Below, piece by piece: positions 52,378-60,194 of a DNA stretch of 64,000 nucleotides. The number at the start of each line of letters is the position of its first letter. Position 1 is the stretch's first letter. The translations under genes and the position numbers were made by a program. Source of the DNA: a virus; IMG/VR virus record IMGVR_UViG_3300028610_002873, one strand, 5' to 3'. Below the pieces are notes generated by a model. It did not search any database. It was not told where the DNA came from and saw only the letters and a list, made by a program, of their open reading frames with translations.

Positions 52378-52571
52378 TTTTCTGACTTTCCTTTTGCTTC
52401 ATCCATCAAAGCTAAAACATCTTTTGATGAATCATTTTCTGTTTCATACATACAATAAATATTTGCGTCTGGTAACATCTTCGCAATATTCTTTTTATCT
52501 TGGTCAGTCAAAATCAAAATTAGAGGTTGGTCTTGCGGAGTAATCATTTTCCTATTAACATAAAATTTCAT
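52374..52571 (-). CDS. hypothetical protein, 65 aa
   Basis: 4-nt overlaps are present. Confidence 0.45.
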   Translation of the reverse strand: MKFYVNRKMITPQDQPLILILTDQDKKNIAKMLPDANIYCMYETENDSSKDVLALMDEAKGKSEK

Positions 52572-52792
52572 TCTGGTTTTTCTCCTAAACCAAATAACGC
52601 CCCTTTAGCCAAACCTAATGCTTGCCATACATTGGCGTCATTTGTAGTTTTTATCCCATTTTTTAGATTCCAAACAATCTCATTGAGCAACTTGATATAT
52701 TGGTGCCGTTTCATTGCAACGTCATCCATTTGATCAATACAAGACCAAATTCCCTCTAACGCTTCTGTAGTTGGGCCTTTTTTCTTTTTCAT
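52568..52792 (-). CDS. hypothetical protein, 74 aa
   Basis: 4-nt overlaps are present. Confidence 0.45.
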   Translation of the reverse strand: MKKKKGPTTEALEGIWSCIDQMDDVAMKRHQYIKLLNEIVWNLKNGIKTTNDANVWQALGLAKGALFGLGEKPE

Positions 52793-53106
52793 TTTTCTAT
52801 ACCATAAATTCCACGTCCGGCCCTGGCCATGTTTCTTCCAGATTCAAACGCTTCCTTGATTGTAGGTGTACGATCACCGAATATCGGATGTTTCACATTG
52901 AACAACTTTCGCATCCCTGTTCCTGTCTTTGGATTAAAATAGCCTGTCATGTAACCAATATTATCTTTAAAATGTTGCCCACATTTTTCACCAGTTTCCA
53001 TAAATTTATCTGCTTCCTTTTGATCACCACATTCGTAAACGGCTTCCATCACTTCTATGACATCACCCATTGTTCCCAATGTTTTATTTTTCCAAACAAA
53101 CTTCAT
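52789..53106 (-). CDS. hypothetical protein, 105 aa
   Basis: ORF in the gene chain. Confidence 0.45.
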   Translation of the reverse strand: MKFVWKNKTLGTMGDVIEVMEAVYECGDQKEADKFMETGEKCGQHFKDNIGYMTGYFNPKTGTGMRKLFNVKHPIFGDRTPTIKEAFESGRNMARAGRGIYGIEK

Positions 53107-53115
53107 TTTATTTCC

Positions 53116-53481
53116 TCAATCTATAATCCGGCCACATCCCCCACACACTTTCAAATCTGGATTACGATAATGTGGAGCCAGTTCTTTATGTTGACAACCA
53201 TTATTAATTTTCTTCAACATCTTCGAATATTCATAGTCTTCAAATTTAAAGTCTGGGACCTTATTAAGTTTCTTTTTTTTATTTAATTGCTCAAACATAT
53301 GCTTTTCACATACCAGTGGTGGTCCAAAACTATTCTGACTATGGGTAAGTAATTCACACTTAGGACAACTGGCAATTTCAGCGGCTACTCTTTTCTCTAA
53401 TTCACCATAATCAAAATGAATATGTTGATTAATTTTTTTCTTACTGAAAAAATTTTTCAACCAATTGGTCAGCTTTTTCAT
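53116..53481 (-). CDS. leader-family protein 1 (N-terminus NWLKNFFSKKKINQHIHFDYGELEKRV), Cys-rich, 121 aa
   Basis: It shares its first ~30 aa and about 100 nt of DNA with 56279..56476. Confidence 0.55.
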   Translation of the reverse strand: MKKLTNWLKNFFSKKKINQHIHFDYGELEKRVAAEIASCPKCELLTHSQNSFGPPLVCEKHMFEQLNKKKKLNKVPDFKFEDYEYSKMLKKINNGCQHKELAPHYRNPDLKVCGGCGRIID

Positions 53482-53483
53482 AA

Positions 53484-53675
53484 CTATTTTTTAAAAAAAT
53501 TAAAAATCCAAGCCGCACCACTCACCCATTGACCCATGCTCATCTTCTGATTATTTAATGGAATTGAATCGCCACAAATTGCACATGGGTAAGGATCTTT
53601 TCCAGATGATCCACCTTTCTCGTAATCCATGTGACTTGTAAATAAATGCCCAATCCAACCGAATATAAATATCAT
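53484..53675 (-). CDS. small membrane protein, 63 aa
   Basis: It has a hydrophobic N-terminus. Confidence 0.45.
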   Translation of the reverse strand: MIFIFGWIGHLFTSHMDYEKGGSSGKDPYPCAICGDSIPLNNQKMSMGQWVSGAAWIFNFFKK

Positions 53676-53715
53676 TTTATTTCCTTTCGTTTATTCATCT
53701 GAGTTCACCTTTATG

Positions 53716-53922
53716 TTAACTGTCATCTATGTTGAACTTTTCTTTCAGCCCATTTATAACTTCTTCAAGATTACTCATTGAAGTCTTAGCAACTAGCATT
53801 ATTTTTTCATACTCAGTCCCAATTAAATCCTTAAGATATCCATTTTCTAATGCATACCATGGCCCCTCAGCGTCCCACTTGTAACAAATTATTTCTGCTT
53901 GTTCTTTTGTTAACTTTTTCAT
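53716..53922 (-). CDS. hypothetical protein, 68 aa
   Basis: ORF in the gene chain. Confidence 0.45.
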   Translation of the reverse strand: MKKLTKEQAEIICYKWDAEGPWYALENGYLKDLIGTEYEKIMLVAKTSMSNLEEVINGLKEKFNIDDS

Positions 53923-54221
53923 TTTTTCTCTTTATTTTTATTGATAAATTCCCAAACTTCTTTCTTTGGAGCAACAGTCGATAATATTGATGCTGACAAT
54001 GCATTATGAATTTCATGGCTTACATTTTGTTCTTTCAGAAACTTCCACGTTACTTCAGAAAAATACTCTTTAGCATCATCCCAACCTTTTTCGTAATCAG
54101 CCAATAACTTTCGCAATGTTAGATTTGGAACAGCAGTGGACTTCATAACCCCCAATTGCATATCCTTAAACAATTTCCGTTTTTCATCGCCAGTCAAAAT
54201 AATATTTTTATTATCAGTCAT
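53919..54221 (-). CDS. hypothetical protein, 100 aa
   Basis: ORF in the gene chain. Confidence 0.45.
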   Translation of the reverse strand: MTDNKNIILTGDEKRKLFKDMQLGVMKSTAVPNLTLRKLLADYEKGWDDAKEYFSEVTWKFLKEQNVSHEIHNALSASILSTVAPKKEVWEFINKNKEKK

Positions 54222-54441
54222 TTTTTATCTCCTGCGTTTTATAATTTCTTTGGCTTTTTCTAACCGATCCGTTTGTTCTCTTTTCTAAAAACTTCATAAA
54301 ATCTAAAATACGTAGATAATCGTTTAGATCAAATTCTGGAGTAGATTTTTTCCCAATAGGAATGTACTCATTCGCCAGTTTAATCAATCGACTAAATCGT
54401 ATTGATTTGTTTTTAAAACGAATACGAATTTTTTTAGTCAT
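54214..54441 (-). CDS. small basic protein, 75 aa, possible ribbon-helix-helix DNA binder
   Basis: It is the first gene downstream of the repeat array. The N-terminus KKIRIRFKNKSIRFSRLIKLANEY has a strand-helix character. The RHH call is speculative. Confidence 0.4.
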   Translation of the reverse strand: MTKKIRIRFKNKSIRFSRLIKLANEYIPIGKKSTPEFDLNDYLRILDFMKFLEKRTNGSVRKSQRNYKTQEIKND

Positions 54442-54460
54442 CGCGCACCTCTTTTAAATA

Positions 54461-54899
54461 ACTTTACTTTACATTACTTCACAAAACTACACTCTACATT
54501 ACAAAACCTGACAGCACTTTCTTCACTTTACAAAACAGCACAGAACAGCACGCTACTACACTCCACGATACTTCACTTTCTTTACTTTACAAAACAGCAC
54601 AAGACTTCACAGCACACAACGTAACAATACGCTACTTTCTTTACTTCACAATACTCTACGAGACATGACTCAACGATACACTACTCTACTTTCTTTACTT
54701 CACTTTACTGAACCGGACGCTACGATACGAAACATGACGTTACTTTCTTTACTTCACCCCACATCACAAAACAACACATCACTTGACAATACTTTCATTA
54801 CTTTACTTCACAATACTACACACTACTTCACATTATTTCACTTTCATTACTTTACAAAACAGAACCAAACTATACACAACTACACAACACAATAAATTT
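54461..54899. repeat. G-depleted periodic repeat array: about 8 units of 49-59 bp headed by yACTTTCwTyACTTyAC
   Basis: Perfect 17-mers TACTTTCTTTACTTCAC lie at 54633, 54687 and 54741, exactly 54 bp apart. Degenerate heads lie at 54461, 54515, 54574, 54790 and 54839. By my count there are only 26 G in 440 nt on the plus strand. Confidence 0.85.
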
Positions 54900-55517
54900 T
54901 TAACATTTTAAATTCTTTTTCTCCTTCCATCGAATTACTTGAAATTGACCAAAATAACCACCTTTATTAACTCGAAAAGATCCTAATCCTGATCGTCTAC
55001 CAGCATCTTCTAAAATCTGTAATGCAATTTCAGGTTCTAAAATTGAATCGTCTACTTGTACATCAAATTGAATATTCCATTTTTCAAATCTAGGTCTACA
55101 AACTATAACTGCACCAGCTTTATAATTTGTTGCTTTTCTAATATCAACTTCAAATTTCTTAATTGGTTTCTTTTTCTTATCAATTAATGTAGCTGATTCA
55201 CCAATTGGTCTAAATACTCCACCAGCAACTGCTTTGATACTTTTTCTACCAGAATTTTTTTGTTTATAATCAGAAGCAACATGGTTAAACGCGCCTGAAA
55301 CATAACCCAATGGAATACAAAAACTACCATCAGTATTTTTATAAACATGTTTCTCAGCAATTTGTCTTGGTGTTAATTCTTCTTTAATTTTTTTCTTACC
55401 AGACTTAGCACCAAGTAATTTAAACTTGTCTTCATCACTCATCTTATGATGTAAAAGCGGTGTGGTTCCTTCTAAATTTACATTATACATTTTCATTTTC
55501 AATTTCTCCTTTTCCAA
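54900..55517 (-). CDS. hypothetical protein, 205 aa, with C-terminal glycine-rich loop (GLGSFRVNKGGYFGQF)
   Basis: The ORF ends at the first base of the repeat array. I recognise no family with confidence. Confidence 0.5.
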   Translation of the reverse strand: MEKEKLKMKMYNVNLEGTTPLLHHKMSDEDKFKLLGAKSGKKKIKEELTPRQIAEKHVYKNTDGSFCIPLGYVSGAFNHVASDYKQKNSGRKSIKAVAGGVFRPIGESATLIDKKKKPIKKFEVDIRKATNYKAGAVIVCRPRFEKWNIQFDVQVDDSILEPEIALQILEDAGRRSGLGSFRVNKGGYFGQFQVIRWKEKKNLKC

Positions 55518-55779
55518 GTTTTAATTTAAATAATCGTCTGTATACATTATCTAACGCAACCATCGGGTCTTTATTAAATATATTAGCAATGATCAATGCT
55601 AATTCAACCAATTGCCATCTATTATTAATATGAAATTGATTAAACAAGCCATTCTTCCCAGTTGCATCATAAATTTGATTAATTGTTTTCAAACTATACG
55701 GATACTTTTCAAGCAATTTAATACGATAATCAATTTGGGGGGGCTTCTTACTGAAAAATTTTTTCAACCAATTAATCAT
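55483..55779 (-). CDS. leader-family protein 2 (N-terminus MINWLKKFFSKK), 98 aa
   Basis: It carries the shared N-terminal leader. Confidence 0.5.
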   Translation of the reverse strand: MINWLKKFFSKKPPQIDYRIKLLEKYPYSLKTINQIYDATGKNGLFNQFHINNRWQLVELALIIANIFNKDPMVALDNVYRRLFKLKLGKGEIENENV

Positions 55780-56282
55780 ACTTCCACACCAAGTTTAATT
55801 TTATAAATTCCCCAAAGTCCCAATCGAAACGCAAGTTCTTCTTTTACCGGCCTTCCGCCATTGCAAATGATTTTTCCTTCCCACGCTTTAATGCCGGCCA
55901 AAATTGATTGCAACGTGGGTTCAGTTACCTTTTGTCCCATATAATATTTCAAATCAGGTAAATAATCATCCATAACCTTTTCACAAATTTCTAAAACTTT
56001 GGGTTTGTCTTCCGGTGGAAATATTTCAAACATAGGAATCCATTCACGATTGTTAAGATTCCAGACTAACGGGAATTCCAAACCGCAATGAATATCTGAA
56101 CGGATCTGGTCTGACGGACCAACAATCCAACTGCCTGTCCGTTTCACAAAATCGGTCAACATGATTTCAGCAGTCATCCAATTCGGAAACAAATTCGTCA
56201 CTGAAACACCTATGTTTTCAATCCAATCAATTGGCCGATTGTCTGCTGGTGTTTGTTTTATATCAAAAATAATAGGTTTCAT
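55776..56282 (-). CDS. hypothetical protein, 168 aa
   Basis: 4-nt overlaps on both sides. Confidence 0.5.
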   Translation of the reverse strand: MKPIIFDIKQTPADNRPIDWIENIGVSVTNLFPNWMTAEIMLTDFVKRTGSWIVGPSDQIRSDIHCGLEFPLVWNLNNREWIPMFEIFPPEDKPKVLEICEKVMDDYLPDLKYYMGQKVTEPTLQSILAGIKAWEGKIICNGGRPVKEELAFRLGLWGIYKIKLGVEV

Positions 56283-56476
56283 TTCTTTTCCTGCATCATC
56301 CTTTTTATCAATATCTTTTTTTCTAAATCTATTTGATTAATTATAGCTGAGGCGTCCAAAGTCGGGAGAACTGGCAATTTTATCGCAATTACCCTTTTCT
56401 CTAATTCACCATAATCAAAATGAATATATTGGTCATTAATCTTTTTCTTTCTGAAAATTTTTTTCAACCAATTCAT
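56279..56476 (-). CDS. leader-family protein 3 (MNWLKKIFRKKKINDQYIHFDYGELEKRV), 65 aa
   Basis: I place the start at ATG 56476, which overlaps the stop of the 55-aa ORF (ATGA). The track extends to 56533. Confidence 0.5.
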   Translation of the reverse strand: MNWLKKIFRKKKINDQYIHFDYGELEKRVIAIKLPVLPTLDASAIINQIDLEKKILIKRMMQEKK

Positions 56477-56640
56477 ATCAATCTTCCCAACATAATTAAA
56501 ATCATCACAATTCCCCATATAATAAAAACCCATCTCGGCGGTAAAACATCAGTGATTGATGGTAATGGTGGAGGTGGGTCTGTATTGATTGTCCCATCAT
56601 CATTAAATATACGTCTGGTGTCTTCACATCGTTTAACCAT
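56473..56640 (-). CDS. tail-anchored small membrane protein, 55 aa
   Basis: Hand translation: MVKRCEDTRRIFNDDGTINTDPPPPLPSITDVLPPRWVFIIWGIVMILIMLGRLI. Confidence 0.4.
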   Translation of the reverse strand: MVKRCEDTRRIFNDDGTINTDPPPPLPSITDVLPPRWVFIIWGIVMILIMLGRLI

Positions 56641-56661
56641 TATTTTTTTAACCTATTTCTT

Positions 56662-57285
56662 TCATAAAATTGCTCCATATCCAACAGCCCAATCATTCTT
56701 ATCAACATGATACATTTTTTGTACTGACTTAAAATAGAAACCTTTTTCATCTTTTCGCAAAACTAATACAGAAATATTATTCACTTGTGCCTGTTTAATT
56801 TCACAAAAACAACCTTTACCAATATGTTTTCTATATTCAGATACAACAACTAATTTTGATTTCTTAACTCTATCGAGATAAGGCTGAATTCTTCCTTTTT
56901 CTCCCATATCACGATTAGGGCATATAACCTTCTTAAAGATCTTTTCCAAAAAAACCAGCTCTTGTTTTTCTCTTTTTGTTCCATAAATCTTTTTGCTATG
57001 CGCATAATAAACCATATAATCCTCTATAGGTTCTAAATTAGAATTAACTGAAGATTCTAATCTTTTCAATTCAATGTCTGTCAATCCATTAATTTCATCA
57101 GATATAGGTTCTAAATAAGCAATTGTATCCATAATTTGTTTTTTAGTAAGCAATTTACAAATACATCTATGTTTACAAATTTCTCCACCACAATTTTTAA
57201 TTGAATTGTTATATTCAGAATAGCATCTTGGTAAATTAGATAGTTTCTTACTGAAAAAATTTTGGAAAAAATTTTTAAGTGACAA
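56662..57285 (-). CDS. leader-family protein 4 (MSLKNFFQNFFSKK), Cys-rich N-terminal region, 207 aa
   Basis: TTG start with GGAGA 5 nt upstream. It is the first gene after the 1.15-kb ORF-free region. Confidence 0.55.
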   Translation of the reverse strand: MSLKNFFQNFFSKKLSNLPRCYSEYNNSIKNCGGEICKHRCICKLLTKKQIMDTIAYLEPISDEINGLTDIELKRLESSVNSNLEPIEDYMVYYAHSKKIYGTKREKQELVFLEKIFKKVICPNRDMGEKGRIQPYLDRVKKSKLVVVSEYRKHIGKGCFCEIKQAQVNNISVLVLRKDEKGFYFKSVQKMYHVDKNDWAVGYGAIL

Positions 57286-57544
57286 TTGGTTCTCCTGTTT
57301 GGCCCAATTCGTGCCAATTTCAATTAAATTGTTTCAATTTGATTGATATTACATTGTATTATGTCTTGTCAAGTAAATGGTGCGAATTTACAGTGTTTCC
57401 TTGCCCACTATCAAAACCTTAGACAATCCTCAACTTGGGCATACCGGGGGGGTGCCATACTATTGTAATCATTGAATAATATAGTTCAACTACATTAGTT
57501 ACAATAAGCCCTTTAAAAAAACGTGTTAGTTCAATAAGTTATCC

Positions 57545-57561
57545 TGTCTAAAGTTTAGACA
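57545..57561. promoter_or_regulatory. perfect palindrome TGTCTAAA g TTTAGACA (second operator-like motif)
   Basis: Related copies lie at 60565-60581 (TGTCAAACTTTTAGACA) and 63896-63912 (TGTTAAACTTTTAAACA). Confidence 0.45.
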
Positions 57562-58213
57562 CCCTGCTGGACTGCTGATCTCGTAATGATATCAAATAGA
57601 TATTCAATATGCGTATTGAATATTCAATTCAAAACATAGTCTATGAGCTACAATATAATGCGCCATAATATACTGTAACACAATGTAATATATGGACTAA
57701 TACCTAATCCTTAATTACATCAACCCAATCGAACCGCTGTATTGACATTGGATAAAATCAAACTAACTACTGATGCCCGTCCGTGTCCACTACAGGGCAT
57801 AGTTTCCGGGTATACCTATAAGCGGTAGTGCTGAGTCACGGTATGATAGGGCTATTGCAGTCTGAGTCTGGTCGAATTCAAATTGAATCAAATTACTTTA
57901 TATTGTGTCAATTTAAACATGTGTCCTCAGCGACACAATAAGAGAGAGAAATCGATGTCTCTTTACAGCGCTTGGTAAGGATTATCGGGCCCATTGTTCA
58001 ATTATCAAGTCTATTGTTTAAGTATGTATATGTATATACCATAGGTATTGCATGTATATGTATATACATCTAGGAATTAACAGTCCTATAGTCTGATACC
58101 AATTGACTTCTTAACATGCCTTACAATCGATCCTTATAGGGTCTATACTGTATTCTATTACACTGTATTATCTAATTTAGATTGTCTTAATTGTTTGTTT
58201 TTATTGGATTATC

Positions 58214-58232
58214 TGTATAACACTGTTATACA
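58214..58232. promoter_or_regulatory. perfect palindrome TGTATAACA c TGTTATACA
   Basis: It is flanked by 17-bp direct repeats TTAGATTGTCTTAATTG at 58177-58193 and 58257-58273. Confidence 0.55.
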
Positions 58233-58455
58233 CTTGATTAGTATTTAGATCATTAATTAGATTGTCTTAATTGAATTGCTTATAGTTTAGATACCATTCA
58301 ATTGTATTGATTAATCTATTATTTAAAATCTTATTATGCTTTATTATCTAATAGTCCTACACTATTAGTAATATTAAATAACTATGTATTTTTAGCTGTA
58401 TAAATAGCTAAATATCAGTAATTAGCTAAGTTAGTAGCTATTTGTTATTGATCTA

Positions 58456-58794
58456 TTATTTAAAATAGCCCGGATCAATTATAAATTGCTTAGATTTAAC
58501 AACTTGATCTAAAAATAACTTAGCATTGTTAATCATAGTGAGTGTAGTATTATGTTTACAATTAGTAGTTCCGTTTGTTTCATTACATTGGTAACATGGA
58601 GTAAATCCGAAATGTATTGCTAAACTTGGCCAGTTCCAATCTGTTTGAACTAGTTTACCTCTACCGTCTAAATGTCTGATTGTATAACACCCGAAATATT
58701 CGAATTCTAATGAGATAAGATTGGATTGACTTTTTTTGATTTCTTTTTGTCTTAATAGTCGTTTTATTAATTGTCTTAATTGTGAATATTTCAT
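58456..58794 (-). CDS. hypothetical Cys-containing protein, 112 aa
   Basis: It is the last gene before the ORF-free region. Confidence 0.45.
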   Translation of the reverse strand: MKYSQLRQLIKRLLRQKEIKKSQSNLISLEFEYFGCYTIRHLDGRGKLVQTDWNWPSLAIHFGFTPCYQCNETNGTTNCKHNTTLTMINNAKLFLDQVVKSKQFIIDPGYFK

Positions 58795-58799
58795 TATTA

Positions 58800-59120
58800 T
58801 TAATCAATTGATTCAAATGTTACATAAATATATCTATATGCACCGTCGTCCGAATCAATATCGTTCAATTCATTGAATTGTTTTTGTGTTATATCATTCC
58901 CATCATTATCGTAATATCCTGTAATAAGTTCATATCCATTATCTAATTCAGTTAAGTCTGATTTTTTACATTTGTAATTTTTTAATATCCATTTTTTACA
59001 CTTTTTAAAGGCGTCGTCAATATCAGTAACTTGAATATCATTATCATCAATATAATATCCATTATTAAATCCCATTATAGAATCACAATCGTGTCCGTAA
59101 TATCGTCTAATTTTTTTCAC
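58800..59120 (-). CDS. hypothetical acidic protein, 106 aa
   Basis: GTG start with AAGGAAAGGG upstream. Confidence 0.5.
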   Translation of the reverse strand: MKKIRRYYGHDCDSIMGFNNGYYIDDNDIQVTDIDDAFKKCKKWILKNYKCKKSDLTELDNGYELITGYYDNDGNDITQKQFNELNDIDSDDGAYRYIYVTFESID

Positions 59121-59274
59121 TGTTTACCCTTTCCTTTGTTTCGATTAGTTCAATTAGTTTTATTGCAAGTTCGCCGATTTCTTTTAGCTCTGGGTTATCA
59201 AGCGATGCCAACTCTTTGGCGTCCTTTATTGACAACCCATTTTTTATTGACTCAAGTGCATATGATTTTTTCAT
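59107..59274 (-). CDS. small HTH-like protein, 55 aa
   Basis: Hand translation: MKKSYALESIKNGLSIKDAKELASLDNPELKEIGELAIKLIELIETKERVNSEKN. Confidence 0.4.
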   Translation of the reverse strand: MKKSYALESIKNGLSIKDAKELASLDNPELKEIGELAIKLIELIETKERVNSEKN

Positions 59275-59277
59275 GAT

Positions 59278-59547
59278 TCACCCCTTTAAGATTAATTGTC
59301 GGATAAATCTAATTTCATCCGGGTATGATTGACCGGCGCAATATTCAACGGTCTGTTTATTTATAAAGACGCGTTGATATATACCATAATTTGGCATTAA
59401 TGATGTTAAAGACAGTCGGCGCTCTAGTCTGTCCTTTGTGTCTTGTCGGCACCCTTTGCCTAGTAGGTCGATCAACCAATAAATTTGTTCACTACTTAGG
59501 TCGATCTTTTTACTTACGTAATGGTCAAGCGTTTTTTGTTTTTTCAT
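59278..59547 (-). CDS. hypothetical protein, 89 aa
   Basis: 1-nt overlap with the upstream ORF. Confidence 0.45.
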   Translation of the reverse strand: MKKQKTLDHYVSKKIDLSSEQIYWLIDLLGKGCRQDTKDRLERRLSLTSLMPNYGIYQRVFINKQTVEYCAGQSYPDEIRFIRQLILKG

Positions 59548-60101
59548 TATGTACCTCTCTTTTCATTTAAATTAATTAAAAACACATTATTATATCGATC
59601 GACTGAAAAGAGACCAGGAAAATAACCGTTTTTTTCCATCCAATTATTAACTAATTTATTCCTTTTTGATTTATTGGTATATTCACTATGATCAATTATA
59701 AATTCTTGTGAATCTTCATCGTATATATTCCCATCATGATCTAAAATTAAATTAAAGCCCTCGTTTTTCATAATTGCATCATTCTTAATATCAATATTTA
59801 TAAAATGGTGTTCATTTAGATATTGTTCTAAGTATTCTATTACTTCATTGTTATCCTTATAATCATCAAAATCGAATCTATTCCATCTATATATTCCATC
59901 ATCAATACCGAATTCCTTTGAATCTTCTAATTCTTTTATAGCAGTCTGTAATTTAGTATCTTTTTCAAATATTTTTGAATATTCCTCAAGTAATTGTGAC
60001 TCGACTTGACTCACTACTTGATTCATTTCAAGCCTATGTTTTTCTAATGATTTAATTTTAATTCTCAACTCATTCATTTTTTTATTATCCATTTTTATCA
60101 C
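59547..60101 (-). CDS. hypothetical protein, 184 aa (coiled-coil N-terminus)
   Basis: GTG in the track. The ATG at 60092 has AGGTGA upstream. Confidence 0.5.
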   Translation of the reverse strand: MIKMDNKKMNELRIKIKSLEKHRLEMNQVVSQVESQLLEEYSKIFEKDTKLQTAIKELEDSKEFGIDDGIYRWNRFDFDDYKDNNEVIEYLEQYLNEHHFINIDIKNDAIMKNEGFNLILDHDGNIYDEDSQEFIIDHSEYTNKSKRNKLVNNWMEKNGYFPGLFSVDRYNNVFLINLNEKRGT

Positions 60102-60194
60102 CTATGCCCTTTCAATTATATTGATTTATTATTAGAACCAATAAAATGATTAATAAGTTAAATCCATTTATTAGATCAATTTTTAAACTTTGCA

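Larger units (their letters stand above)
57286..58455. other. 1.15-kb ORF-free, repeat- and palindrome-dense region (candidate ncRNA, origin or DNA-level signal)
   Basis: There is no credible ORF on either strand. Element coordinates are listed in the findings. Confidence 0.6.

Noticed and set aside
54665-54895. Plus-strand 76-aa ORF (MTQRYTTLLSLLHF...)
   Set aside because: It lies entirely within the repeat array. Its sequence is just the translated repeat (TLLSLLH recurring). It has no RBS and runs opposite to all neighbouring genes.
54461-54899. Possible CRISPR array (regular ~54-bp period with conserved 17-mers)
   Set aside because: The conserved unit is only 17 bp, and only three copies are perfect. 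The period drifts from 49 to 59 bp. The inter-repeat segments share sequence words with each other, so they are not unique spacers. No cas gene was confidently recognised. I treat it as an iteron or operator-like tandem array instead.
57444-57456. GC-only 13-mer with a G7 run (CCGGGGGGGTGCC) as a cos site or phase-variable tract
   Set aside because: It lies 25 kb from the terminase genes, whereas cos sites are normally adjacent to them. It is non-coding, so slippage has no obvious readout. I keep it only as one element of the ORF-free region finding.
58213-58233. The palindrome CTGTATAACACTGTTATACAC as a LexA/SOS box (CTGT-N8-ACAG)
   Set aside because: The spacing and the 3' half do not fit CTGT-N8-ACAG. 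The motif is better explained as a phage-specific dyad, because it recurs 11 times in phage intergenic regions.
57286-58455. tRNA genes or a hammerhead-type ribozyme in the ORF-free region
   Set aside because: By eye there is no cloverleaf-compatible arrangement. GGTTCGATT at about 57721-57735 on the minus strand and GGTCGAATTC at about 57870 lack pairing T-stems. CTGATG at 57770 lacks the remaining hammerhead core. A proper tRNAscan or Infernal run is still needed.
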